Part shown: positions 1-9,576 of the stretch, in pieces
How positions within the stretch are numbered: the first letter of the stretch is position 1
Layout: each line of letters starts with the position of its first letter
Origin: an uncultured Gemmatimonadaceae bacterium
Lineage (GTDB): Bacteria > Gemmatimonadota > Gemmatimonadetes > Gemmatimonadales > Gemmatimonadaceae
Direction: 5' to 3'
Length of the DNA stretch: 64,000 nucleotides
Assembly (NCBI GenBank): GCA_963817955.1
Contig: CAWFQK010000007.1
Coordinates: forward strand, 32,001 to 96,000
Program-made: the position numbers and the translations under genes
Notes under the pieces: generated by a model
The model's database searches: none
Told to the model about the DNA's origin: nothing
Seen by the model: only the letters and a program-made list of their open reading frames with translations

Positions 1-449
1 GAGCAATCCGGATACACGGTAGAGGTGAAGGCGATGCGATCGTTGCCCGGCGACCAGACCGGTCCAGTCGCACCGCCGTTCAGCTGTGTGACCTGATGCT
101 CGTTTCCGCCATCGGCGTCGGACACCCAAAGTTGACCGTCCGAGATGTAGGCCACGTGCTGGCCGTCAGGTGACCATCTCGCTTCCGTGGCCGACACGCT
201 CGAACCAGGAAACACACGCGGCGTTCCGCCGGCTGTGGGAATCACGAAGGTCTGCGACGCGCGCTTGTTCGCGGCGACGTCGGCGGTGCGAACTGCGTAG
301 AGAATAGACTTGCCGTCGGGCGACAGTTGCGGATCGCTCACAACGCGTACTGCGGCGAAGTCGTTGAAAGTGATCGTACGTTTCTGCTGGGCTCCGCCGG
401 CACTGACGATCGTGAGCGCCAGCGCAGTCGCGAGTATTGGTATACGCAT
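1..449 (-). CDS. S9-family (prolyl oligopeptidase/acylaminoacyl) peptidase, N-terminal part; runs off the window edge
   Basis: Manual translation from ATG at 449: MRIPILATALALTIVSAGGAQQKRTITFNDF..VSDPQLSPDGKSILY..WSPDGQHVAYIS..WSPGNDRIAF; signal peptide plus PD40-like propeller repeats. The catalytic domain is outside the window. Confidence 0.75.
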   Translation of the reverse strand, partial: MRIPILATALALTIVSAGGAQQKRTITFNDFAAVRVVSDPQLSPDGKSILYAVRTADVAANKRASQTFVIPTAGGTPRVFPGSSVSATEARWSPDGQHVAYISDGQLWVSDADGGNEHQVTQLNGGATGPVWSPGNDRIAFTSTVYPDC

Positions 450-664
450 TGGGTGGGTTGGTTCGAGGTGACATGGAACAGTACCGCCGGATGGGGGGCA
501 TGATCCAGCCGCAGGATCCAGAGGCTCAGTACCGTGCAGGTCGCTGCCGATAATTAGTCATAGAAACAAGGCTGCTCCGGCGCCGCGGCACGCATTTCCC
601 ATTAGGGAAGGGCACGCTTGAGGCATCTCGGGGTAATAAACACCAGAGCCATCGGAGGCCCCAC

Positions 665-895
665 ATGTCACAGTACCGATTTAGCGTGAGCGGTCTGGAG
701 TCCCGGCAAGCCGGCGTCATCGAGAGCGATTCATTTGTCGATGCCGTCGACGCATTGGGTCAACACGTGGAAGTTCGGCGCGGTGATGTGCTGGAGATCG
801 GCGTGCTCGGCTTTCCTCCCGCCATGTACGAGTGTGTGGGCGAGATCGAAAGCGGCTTCCCGGTCTGGATGCCTAAAGGCCAGCAGGCGGCGTAA
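665..895 (+). CDS. Small hypothetical protein (76 aa)
   Basis: GGAGG Shine-Dalgarno upstream, globular-looking composition, fills the gap between neighbouring genes. Confidence 0.65.
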   Translation: MSQYRFSVSGLESRQAGVIESDSFVDAVDALGQHVEVRRGDVLEIGVLGFPPAMYECVGEIESGFPVWMPKGQQAA

Positions 896-931
896 CTGAC
901 AGCAGCGAGCCCATCTCCAGCGCGTTCGTGG

Positions 932-2035
932 TCAGGTGTCCCCCGAATCACTACTCTCGGCATCTAGCAAGCGGCGCTTGCGATCGACTCCCCACTTGTA
1001 GCCCGCGAGAGCGCCGCCGGTGCGCACCACGCGATGACACGGAATCACAACGGCGACGCGATTCGTTGCGCAGGCGCGCGCCACTGCGCGCGTGGCGGTT
1101 GGCCGGCCGATTGCCGCGGCCACTTCGGTGTACGTACGACGTTCGCCTGCAGGAATCTCGCGCAACGCATTCCAGACCTGTCGTTGGAACGCGGTGCCAC
1201 CCACATCGAGCGGAATGCAATCCGAGAGATCGCGCCGCGGGTTGCGCACGCGGCCGAGTACGGCGTGCACCCAGTCGTGGTGCGTCTCGTCGGCTCGCTC
1301 GAGGGTCGCATTCGGGAAATCGCTCGTCAACGCGCGCAGCACATCCTCGTCGTTCGATCCGAGCTCCACTGCACAGACGCCCCGGTCCGTCAGGCCGACG
1401 AGTACTCGGCCAACCGGTGAGTCGGCAATGGCGTAGCGGATACACACTCCGGTGCCACCGTGGCGGTATGACGCAGGCGTCATGCCGAGCATGGCATCGG
1501 CACGCTCATACACTCTGCTGCTCGAGCCAAATCCGGCTTCGTACGTCGCGCGGCTCACCGTGTCGCCCGCGCGAAGGCGGGCCTTGAAACGAGCGGTACG
1601 CCGGCCGTCCTGATACTGCTTGGGCGAGATTCCGAGGACCTTCTTGAAGGAGCGCTGGAGATGCGACGCGCTCATTCCGGTGTGTGACGCCAGTTCTTCG
1701 AGCGACACGGGCCGCTCCGCGTTCGCGTCGAGAAAGACGCGTGCGCGCTCGACGGCTGCGGTGGTAGTCGTGGGCCCCTGGGCCGTCTGCGGCGTACATC
1801 GCTTGCACGCGCGAAATCCCGCTCGCTCGGCGGCATCAGCCGTGGCAAAGAACATGACGTTCCCGCGCAAAGGACGCCGCGAGGCGCAGGACGGGCGGCA
1901 ATAGATTCCGGTCGTGCGTACCGCATACACAAAGCAGCCGTCGTAACGCGCGTCATGCGCCTGAACGGCGCACCACGCCTCGGCGTCGGTTGGTTGGGTA
2001 CTGGATGCGCCGTGATCGGCTGCCATGGTCGCCAT
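932..2035 (-). CDS. ada: Bifunctional transcriptional activator / O6-methylguanine-DNA methyltransferase Ada
   Basis: GIYCRPSC and GFRACKRC zinc motifs, AraC HTH, C-terminal IPCHRVV active site. Confidence 0.95.
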   Translation of the reverse strand: MATMAADHGASSTQPTDAEAWCAVQAHDARYDGCFVYAVRTTGIYCRPSCASRRPLRGNVMFFATADAAERAGFRACKRCTPQTAQGPTTTTAAVERARVFLDANAERPVSLEELASHTGMSASHLQRSFKKVLGISPKQYQDGRRTARFKARLRAGDTVSRATYEAGFGSSSRVYERADAMLGMTPASYRHGGTGVCIRYAIADSPVGRVLVGLTDRGVCAVELGSNDEDVLRALTSDFPNATLERADETHHDWVHAVLGRVRNPRRDLSDCIPLDVGGTAFQRQVWNALREIPAGERRTYTEVAAAIGRPTATRAVARACATNRVAVVIPCHRVVRTGGALAGYKWGVDRKRRLLDAESSDSGDT

Positions 2036-2115
2036 GATTTGCTCGCTGAAGGGACTGACCGCAAGCTATGGCGCCGCAAAAAGTCCGGATATCCGAACGT
2101 TGCGGTCAATGTCGA

Positions 2116-2153
2116 CGCACCCAGGAGGACGAGACCGTCCCCCCCTGGGTGCG
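2116..2153 (-). terminator. Stem-loop directly downstream of pntB
   Basis: CGCACCCAGG...CCTGGGTGCG inverted repeat with inner GGACG/CGTCC pairing; no strong U-tract. Confidence 0.4.
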
Positions 2154-2159
2154 CGCTGA

Positions 2160-3551
2160 CTACTCCACGTTCTTGATTTCCGAAACGAGCGACGTCAGCG
2201 ACGTCTTGGCATCGCCAAACAACATGCTCGTCCGCTTGTCGTAGAACAGCTCGTTCTCGATTCCGGCAAAGCCCGCGCTCATGCCGCGTTTCAGCACGAT
2301 CACGCTCTTGGCATGGTCTGCGTTGAGGATCGGCATGCCATAGATGGGCGACGACTTGTCGTTGCGAGCCGCGGGGTTCACCACGTCATTCGCGCCAATG
2401 ACGAGCGCGACGTCCGCCCGATCGAAGTCGCCGTTGACTTCGTCCATGTCGAACAACTTGTCGTACGGGACGTTGGCTTCCGCGAGCAACACGTTCATAT
2501 GGCCCGGCATACGCCCTGCCACCGGGTGCACAGCGAACTTCACCTCGCCGCCGCGCTTCTCGATGAGCTCCGCCAACTCGCGCACCGCGTGCTGCGCCTG
2601 GGCGACGGCCATTCCGTAGCCGGGAATCACGATCACCAGTTGCGCATATGCAAGCTGAATAGCGGCGTCCTCCACACCGATCGACCGGACGGTAAGGCCC
2701 TCGGACGTCTTGCCGGCCACCGCCTTCGTCTCACTGCCGAACGCGCCGAACAGCACGTTGGTGAACGACCGATTCATGGCCTTGCTCATCAGGATCGACA
2801 GAATGAATCCCGACGCGCCGTCGAGCGAACCGCTGATGATCAGGATGACATTGCCGAGTGCAAACCCGGTGGCGCACGACGCGAGGCCCGAATAGGAGTT
2901 GAGCAGTGCCACGACCACAGGCATATCTGCGCCACCGATCGGCATCACGAGCATCACTCCGAACACGACCGATGCGCCGAGCATGGTGTAGAACGCCCAC
3001 TGCTGCGTCGGATCAACAATCGTGTAGACGAGCAGACTGATGATGCCAAGGAAGACCACGGCGTTGAAGAAGTTCTGTCCCTTGAACGTGACAGGCTTTG
3101 ACGTGATCCATTCTTGCAGCTTTCCCGCGGCGACGATCGTACCACCTACCGTGATCGCTCCGAGCATGATCTCGAAGCCAAGCGCCGCCATCTTGACGTG
3201 CGAGGGAACGACACCGGATGTGATCGACGTGTAGAACTCGGCCACGCCCACGAGCGCCGCGGCGAGCGCGCTCATGGTGAGTGACAGGGCAATTCGCTGT
3301 GGCATTGCCGTCATCGGCACCCACATGCCCATTGGATACCCAATGACGACGCCGAGAATCAGCCCGGCGGCAATCCAGCGGTAATCGACGATCGTATGAT
3401 TGAGTAGCGTTCCGGCAATGGCGAACAGCATTCCGACCGCGGCCATCTGCATGCCGCTTCGCGCCTTGTCTGGCCGCGTAAGGCTGCGTAGTCCGAGAAT
3501 GAACAGGACCGACGCAACGATATAGCTGAGTTGTATGAGAGTATCGCGCAT
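2160..3551 (-). CDS. pntB: NAD(P) transhydrogenase subunit beta
   Basis: PIGGADMPVV, GYGMAVAQAQ, HPVAGRMPGHMNVLLAEA, GANDVVNPAA motifs; start moved to MRDTLIQ (ATG 3551). Confidence 0.96.
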   Translation of the reverse strand: MRDTLIQLSYIVASVLFILGLRSLTRPDKARSGMQMAAVGMLFAIAGTLLNHTIVDYRWIAAGLILGVVIGYPMGMWVPMTAMPQRIALSLTMSALAAALVGVAEFYTSITSGVVPSHVKMAALGFEIMLGAITVGGTIVAAGKLQEWITSKPVTFKGQNFFNAVVFLGIISLLVYTIVDPTQQWAFYTMLGASVVFGVMLVMPIGGADMPVVVALLNSYSGLASCATGFALGNVILIISGSLDGASGFILSILMSKAMNRSFTNVLFGAFGSETKAVAGKTSEGLTVRSIGVEDAAIQLAYAQLVIVIPGYGMAVAQAQHAVRELAELIEKRGGEVKFAVHPVAGRMPGHMNVLLAEANVPYDKLFDMDEVNGDFDRADVALVIGANDVVNPAARNDKSSPIYGMPILNADHAKSVIVLKRGMSAGFAGIENELFYDKRTSMLFGDAKTSLTSLVSEIKNVE

Positions 3552-3552
3552 C

Positions 3553-3864
3553 TTAGCTGGCTCGCGGCGCAGAGCCGGCCTTGTTGCCGGCCTTTCCGCT
3601 CTTGAACATCCGCAACATGCGGTCGGTGATGAGGAAGCCGCCGACGATGTTGCTCGTCGCACAGACAACGGCTACGAATCCGAGCAGCGTCGCCACTCGG
3701 TTGTTCGCCGCACCCGCGGCGATGAGCGAGCCGACGAGCGAAATGCCCGAAATGGCATTGGTCGCGGCCATGAGTGGCGTATGCAGCAACGCGGGCACGC
3801 GCGAGATCACCATGTATCCCACGAACGCAGCCAGCACGAAGACGTACAGCTCGAGAAATTCCAT
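3553..3864 (-). CDS. pntAB: NAD(P) transhydrogenase alpha subunit, membrane part
   Basis: VPALLHTPLMAATNAISG and NIVGGFLITDRML motifs. Confidence 0.93.
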   Translation of the reverse strand: MEFLELYVFVLAAFVGYMVISRVPALLHTPLMAATNAISGISLVGSLIAAGAANNRVATLLGFVAVVCATSNIVGGFLITDRMLRMFKSGKAGNKAGSAPRAS

Positions 3865-4973
3865 TAGCGAAGCACCTGTCCGTCGTGAGTCATCATCATG
3901 GCGCCGGTGATCTCGTCGTCCTTGTCGAGCTGGAGGGCGCCGTCCTTCACCAGATGCTTGAGTAGCTCGATGATGTTGCGGCCGAACATCTGACTGGCGT
4001 GGAAGGCCACGGTGCTCGGCAAATTGATTGGAGCGAGGATCGTGACGTCATTCACCGTCACCGTCTCGCCGGGCTTGCACTGCGTGCAGTTCCCGCCCGT
4101 TTCGGCGGCGAGATCCACGATCACCGATCCGGCGCGCATCGATGCCACCATCTCGTCGGTGATGAGTTTGGGCGCCGGCTTGCCCGGGATCTGCGCCGTG
4201 GTGACGACGAGATCCATGTCCTTGATGTGATTGGCGATCGCCGCGAGCGTACGTGACTGTTCGTCACTCGTTTGCGCGCGTGCGTAGCCGCCCGCCGTCT
4301 GCGCATTGTCGCTCACCAGGTCATTGGCGACGAACATTGCGCCGAGGCTGAGCACTTGTTCGCGCGCCGCTGGTCGCACGTCGAAGCCGGATACCACGCC
4401 ACCAAGGCGTCGAGCGGTGGCGATTGCCTGGAGGCCGGCGACACCGGCGCCGATCACGAAGACTTTGGCCGGAGAGATGTTGCCGGCTGCGGTGGTGAGC
4501 ATCGGCAGAAACTTGCCGAGGGCGGCGGCGCCGACGAGCACGCCCTTGTAGCCCGCCACCGTGCTCTGGGACGAAAGCACGTCCATCGACTGGGCGCGAG
4601 TGATACGCGGGACGAGTTCGAGTGCGAGCGCGGTGACCTTGCGTTGTGCCAAGGCCTTCACGATGTCGGCACTCTGGCCGGGGCGGAGCAGGCAGAGGAG
4701 CGTAGACCCGCCGTCGATCATAGCGATCTCGGCAGTCGAGGGTGGTTGCACCTTGGCGACGATCGGTGAGCCGCCGAGCGCCGCCGCCGCGTCGGCGACG
4801 ATGACCGCACCGGCGGCCTCGTACGCTTCGTCGCGGAAGCCGGCGCGTAGTCCCGCGCCGCGCTGCACCACTACCTCGAGTTTCTGCTGCTTGATGAGTC
4901 GTGCGACGCTGTCAGGCGCGAGCGCAACCCGCTGCTCGCGCGGAGCGGTTTCCGTAGGAACGCTGATTTTCAT
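3864..4973 (-). CDS. pntAA: NAD(P) transhydrogenase alpha subunit, soluble NAD-binding part
   Basis: RITRAQSMDVLSSQ, GAGVAGLQAIATA, DLAAETGGNC; start at MKISVPTE (4973). Confidence 0.95.
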   Translation of the reverse strand: MKISVPTETAPREQRVALAPDSVARLIKQQKLEVVVQRGAGLRAGFRDEAYEAAGAVIVADAAAALGGSPIVAKVQPPSTAEIAMIDGGSTLLCLLRPGQSADIVKALAQRKVTALALELVPRITRAQSMDVLSSQSTVAGYKGVLVGAAALGKFLPMLTTAAGNISPAKVFVIGAGVAGLQAIATARRLGGVVSGFDVRPAAREQVLSLGAMFVANDLVSDNAQTAGGYARAQTSDEQSRTLAAIANHIKDMDLVVTTAQIPGKPAPKLITDEMVASMRAGSVIVDLAAETGGNCTQCKPGETVTVNDVTILAPINLPSTVAFHASQMFGRNIIELLKHLVKDGALQLDKDDEITGAMMMTHDGQVLR

Positions 4974-5206
4974 GAAGATGCGGTTGACCGGCGGGCGAAC
5001 TGCTTCCGGCACGTCTAACTTTGCGCCGTCGGGGAAATGCTGACGCATCTAGAAAATAGACACCTCAGCCATTAGCGCAAATCGGGGAAGATCCCGAACG
5101 TGTGGTCGGGCGTTATCTCACGTCGCCAAATGGAGCACCACCAAGGCCGAGGGCCGCCAGAACCTGCGACCGCGCTATCTTGGACAGGTGACCTACAACT
5201 ATCCCC

Positions 5207-5719
5207 ATGGCCATGCTTGCTCGACTCCGTAGGGACCTGGTCGCAGCAGCCGTCCTCGCTGGCCTGGCGAGCTGTTCGCGCATGCAAGGTCGGATTCCGA
5301 TAGCGCCTGTTGCCAGTCCGCCGCCAGCGCCGGTTGCCGGCCCACCCTCGACGTTCGTTCCCACGACGTCGGACGTGAAGTCGACACGAATAATCGATTT
5401 GCGCGATGGCATTACCAAAGCGATGGCCTTTCGTGCCGCGACCGATGTCCTATCGCAGCGCAACTCTGTGGACGTCAGCGATCAGCACGCCGGATTCCTG
5501 ATGACGCCGTGGCAGGCGAGCTCCGTCGTAGGGGGCGCACCCGACCTGCGCTATCGTACCCGCGTGGTCGTGCGCTTCCTTGGTGACGAGTGGAAGCAGG
5601 TGTCCATTCGCGTCGAGGCCAATTGGCAGCGTGCCGTTGATCAGTGGGACATTGGTTACGACACCAAGATCCTGCAAGACCTGACGAACGATCTGACGGC
5701 GAAGATCGGCAAGAAATGA
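5207..5719 (+). CDS. Putative lipoprotein, unknown function
   Basis: Signal peptide with lipobox LASC, Pro-rich linker, small alpha/beta domain. Confidence 0.65.
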   Translation: MAMLARLRRDLVAAAVLAGLASCSRMQGRIPIAPVASPPPAPVAGPPSTFVPTTSDVKSTRIIDLRDGITKAMAFRAATDVLSQRNSVDVSDQHAGFLMTPWQASSVVGGAPDLRYRTRVVVRFLGDEWKQVSIRVEANWQRAVDQWDIGYDTKILQDLTNDLTAKIGKK

Positions 5720-5743
5720 TCGTTCACCACCAGCGCGTCCTTC

Positions 5744-7588
5744 CTATTGCGGCGCCTTCAGGTCCATGATGATCCAGCCATCGCCGCGGTGCTCCAATGC
5801 CGCCCGATACCGCAGCACAGTAGTTTCGCGCTGCTTGGAATTGCGCCGCACGTAGCTCAGGTGCAACGTGAACGGCATCTCCGCGCGATTGCCGGAAACG
5901 GCGGCGTTTCCGAAAACGGCCTTCGAGCGTATGCTCTCCATGGCGCCAAACAACTGTTCGAACCACGCCCGTTGTGCGTCGGCGATGGTCGGATAGGCAT
6001 CGACGACTGACGCAATGCTTCCGCTCTCCGCTGCCATCGCGAAGCGCTCGAGCGGTTTGCGCGCAGCGAGTTCCTCCGGCGGCGTAGCCACTGGCTTTGG
6101 CCGAAGCGTGCTCGAGTCAACTCTTGGCAACGTAGCGGCTGAGGTGACGTGTAACGATTCAGAGGCAAAGACTGGCGCCGCTGGCGACTTCGATCGCATG
6201 CTGTCCGAGCTGCGTAGAGTCTGAGCGGGTTCGCGGCGCGACCACAGCATCAGCCCGCCCAGCAATAGTGCCGAGCCGATTGCCGTCCCGCCGACGATGC
6301 GCATGATGCTCCCGCGCCTCCGGCGCAGCGGCAGGGTCGGTTGCATTGACGGGTCAGCGGCGGGTCCGACCACCGTTGGCGCGCTCCGCGGCGTCAGCGT
6401 GGAATACTGACGCAGAGGGACCGACGACGGCTCCCAGCCGCCAAGTGCCAGCGCGGGATCGAGCATGTCGCTCGCCTCCGCGGCGCTGGCAAGGCGATCA
6501 GCCGGCGAGCGCGCGAGCATGTGCATGATGAGCGTGTCGAGGCGGCGCGGCAAATTCGGCAGCACGTCGCGTACGTGCGGCGGCGTCTCGTGCAGTCGGC
6601 GTCTGATCATCTGCTCGCGCGAGTCGGCGGCAAATGGCTGTACGCCGGTGAGCATTTGATAGAGAATGCAGCCGAGGCTGTAGATGTCGGCGCGCGCATC
6701 GACGGGATCACCGAGCAGCTGCTCGGGGCTCATGTATTCCGGTGTGCCGATCACCAGGCCGCTGCGCGTGAGCGCGTCCTTCGGTGATTCGGACACCGCT
6801 TTTGCAATGCCGAAGTCCACGACCTTCGGCGTTTCCTTTCCCAAGCGGGTCTGCGCGACGATCACGTTATCCGGCTTGAGGTCTCGGTGTACGATGCCCA
6901 ACTCGTGCGCGGCCGAGAGTCCGTCAGCGATCTGGCGCGCGAGGTCGATGGCGCGCCGCGGATCCAGTGCGCCCTCGCGCTTGAGTATCGACGCCAGCGA
7001 ATCTCCGTCGACGTACTCCATGACGAGATACACGATCTTGTCCGCATCGCCGTAGTCGAAGACGGCAGCGACATTCGGATGAAGAATGCGTGCAGCGCTC
7101 GATGCCTCACGCGCGAACCGCGTCGATGACTCCGCGTCGTTGACGAGCGACGGATTCATCACCTTGATCGCGCATTGCCGCGTCATCTTCACATGCTCGG
7201 CGAGATAGACGCGGCCCATGCCGCCTTCGCCGATGCGCGCCAGAATCAGGTAACGGTCGGCGATGACGCGACCGATGAGTGCATCGCCCACCGTCTTGGG
7301 ACGCAGCGGTGAGCCGTCCTTGGGACAGAATCGGTCGCTGGTTTCATACTCGCTGCCACATTGCGGGCACACCTTCGCGATCGCGACCGTCTCGTCTGCC
7401 GCGGGGGTTGGCTGCTGCGCGAGTAGTCCGGAGCCAATACTCGTCCGCAGCCCGACCGTTGATGGCACGTCCTTGTCCCGATGCGCGCCTGCGACGCCTG
7501 CCGAGTTCGCTTCCGTTGCGCTCACGTCGTCGGAAGGGACGGTCTTGTCGCCCGGGACGTCTGAATCGCTGGGGTTGCGGTTGGGCAT
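5744..7588 (-). CDS. Hanks-type Ser/Thr protein kinase with N-terminal zinc-ribbon-like segment, TM helix and C-terminal extracytoplasmic domain
   Basis: GEGGMGRV, AIKVM, HRDLKPDN, DFGIAK, GTPEYMSPEQ; CPQC..CPKD; start uncertain (MPNRNP at 7588 chosen). Confidence 0.92.
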   Translation of the reverse strand: MPNRNPSDSDVPGDKTVPSDDVSATEANSAGVAGAHRDKDVPSTVGLRTSIGSGLLAQQPTPAADETVAIAKVCPQCGSEYETSDRFCPKDGSPLRPKTVGDALIGRVIADRYLILARIGEGGMGRVYLAEHVKMTRQCAIKVMNPSLVNDAESSTRFAREASSAARILHPNVAAVFDYGDADKIVYLVMEYVDGDSLASILKREGALDPRRAIDLARQIADGLSAAHELGIVHRDLKPDNVIVAQTRLGKETPKVVDFGIAKAVSESPKDALTRSGLVIGTPEYMSPEQLLGDPVDARADIYSLGCILYQMLTGVQPFAADSREQMIRRRLHETPPHVRDVLPNLPRRLDTLIMHMLARSPADRLASAAEASDMLDPALALGGWEPSSVPLRQYSTLTPRSAPTVVGPAADPSMQPTLPLRRRRGSIMRIVGGTAIGSALLLGGLMLWSRREPAQTLRSSDSMRSKSPAAPVFASESLHVTSAATLPRVDSSTLRPKPVATPPEELAARKPLERFAMAAESGSIASVVDAYPTIADAQRAWFEQLFGAMESIRSKAVFGNAAVSGNRAEMPFTLHLSYVRRNSKQRETTVLRYRAALEHRGDGWIIMDLKAPQ

Positions 7589-7683
7589 CGATGAAGGTGT
7601 GTCAGCCAAGTGTATGCCTGGACGGCGACGATCGCTACCGCCCGCGCATGGAATGGTCCCGATCCTGCCCGGAAATTCGGGCC

Positions 7684-9576
7684 ATGCTCCCTCGCCAGCC
7701 GACAATCTCCCCCTCGACAAGGCGCAGACTTCCAATTGGCGCCGAGGTCGTGCGCCAGGACGGCGGACCGATCGGCGTACATGCGCGGATCTGGGCTCTC
7801 GACCATCGAACGGTCGAACTCGTCACTGACGACGCCAGCTACCCCCTGGCTCCAGAAGGAAACGGGTACTTCAACGGATTCGCGCCAGGGATCGGCGCGG
7901 GAACGCTGTATCGCATTCGGCTGGATGGTGGTGAGTCATACCCCGATCCCGCCTCGAGATTCCAACCCGATGGGCCGCACGGTCCATCCATGATCGTCGA
8001 TCCATCGGGGTTTGCCTGGACGGACAAGGACTGGCGTGGCGTGACCATGGACGGCCAGGTGCTCTATGAACTGCATGTCGGCACGTTCACCCAAGCTGGC
8101 ACCTTCTGCTCCGCGATCGAGCACATGCGTGATCTGGCGGACATCGGTGTAACGACTGTCGAGCTCATGCCCGTCGCCGATTTTGCCGGCACATTCGGGT
8201 GGGGATACGACGGCGTCAACCTGTTCGCACCGTCGCGACTGTATGGATTGCCGAACGACTTTCGCGCCTTCGTCGACGCAGCCCACCGATTGGAACTCGG
8301 CGTCATTCTCGACGTCGTGTACAACCATTTTGGTCCGGACGGGAACTATATCACTGCCTTTTCAAAACGATACCTCAGCGGAATGCCAACCGAGTGGGGC
8401 GACGCGATCAACTTCGACGGAGACCACTCGGCGCCCGTCCGCGAGTTCATTCTCTCCAACGCACGCTACTGGATCGACGAGTTTCACCTCGACGGACTGC
8501 GACTGGATGCGACACAGCAAATCTTCGATACGTCGACGCCGCACATCGTCAATGAAATCTGCAGCGCGGTGGCGCAGGCCGCGGGCGAACGCCAGGCGAT
8601 CGTAGTCGCGGAGAACGAGCCGCAGCAGGCGGAGTTCCTGCGCAAACCTCGGACGGAGCAGCGGTCACTCGATGCCTTGTGGAATGATGACTTTCATCAT
8701 TCGGCGCGCGTCGCGGCCACTGGCCGAAGCGAGGCATACCTCAGCGGGTACCGCGGCTCGGCCCAGGAGTTCGTATCCGCAGCGAAGTACGGATTTCTGT
8801 ATCAGGGCGAGTGGTACCAGTGGCAGAACAAGCGGCGCGGTACGCCGGCGCTGGATCTGTCGCCCTGCCACTTCGTAATCTTCACGCAGAACCACGATCA
8901 GGTCGCGAACGGCGCTACCGGTGAGCGCCTGCATCACCAAACGAGTCGAGGACGATATCGCGCGTTGACGGCGCTGCTGCTCCTCCTTCCGCAGACGCCA
9001 ATGCTCTTTCAGGGACAGGAGTTCGCGGCATCGGCTCCTTTCCTGTACTTCGCCGACCATGAGCCGGATCTGGCAGCGAAGGTACGACAGGGGCGCGCCG
9101 AGTTCGCCTCGCAATTCCCGAGTATCGCATCGGCGGAAGGCATGCGACGACTCCATGATCCCGGCGATCCAGCGGCATTCTTGCGATGCAAGCTCGATTG
9201 GACGGAACGGCAGAACAACACGGACGTGGTGCGGCTGCACAAGGACCTGCTCCGCCTGCGTCATGAGGATCCTGTACTGCGCGCGCAGCGGTTGCGCGGC
9301 CTGGATGGAGCAGTGATCAATGATCGGGCGTTCGTGCTGCGGTACTTCGGCATGACCGACGGAGACCGGTTGTTCGTCGTCAACCTCGGCGCGCGCATCG
9401 ATTGTCATCCATTGGCCGAACCACTCATCGCGCCGCCGGCCGAGCACAGATGGAAGGTGCTCTTGTCCACCGAATCTCCGGAATACGGCGGGTGGGGAAC
9501 GCCGGACATCGACCGCGTCGACGGCGAATGGGCTGTTCCCGCTGAGTCGGCGGTCTTCTTCATTGCCGAACCATGA
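7684..9576 (+). CDS. treZ: Malto-oligosyltrehalose trehalohydrolase (GH13 with CBM48)
   Basis: PDPASRFQPDGPHGPS, YELHVGTFT, WGYDGV, LDVVYNH, GLRLDA, QNHDQVAN; start approximate. Confidence 0.9.
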   Translation: MLPRQPTISPSTRRRLPIGAEVVRQDGGPIGVHARIWALDHRTVELVTDDASYPLAPEGNGYFNGFAPGIGAGTLYRIRLDGGESYPDPASRFQPDGPHGPSMIVDPSGFAWTDKDWRGVTMDGQVLYELHVGTFTQAGTFCSAIEHMRDLADIGVTTVELMPVADFAGTFGWGYDGVNLFAPSRLYGLPNDFRAFVDAAHRLELGVILDVVYNHFGPDGNYITAFSKRYLSGMPTEWGDAINFDGDHSAPVREFILSNARYWIDEFHLDGLRLDATQQIFDTSTPHIVNEICSAVAQAAGERQAIVVAENEPQQAEFLRKPRTEQRSLDALWNDDFHHSARVAATGRSEAYLSGYRGSAQEFVSAAKYGFLYQGEWYQWQNKRRGTPALDLSPCHFVIFTQNHDQVANGATGERLHHQTSRGRYRALTALLLLLPQTPMLFQGQEFAASAPFLYFADHEPDLAAKVRQGRAEFASQFPSIASAEGMRRLHDPGDPAAFLRCKLDWTERQNNTDVVRLHKDLLRLRHEDPVLRAQRLRGLDGAVINDRAFVLRYFGMTDGDRLFVVNLGARIDCHPLAEPLIAPPAEHRWKVLLSTESPEYGGWGTPDIDRVDGEWAVPAESAVFFIAEP

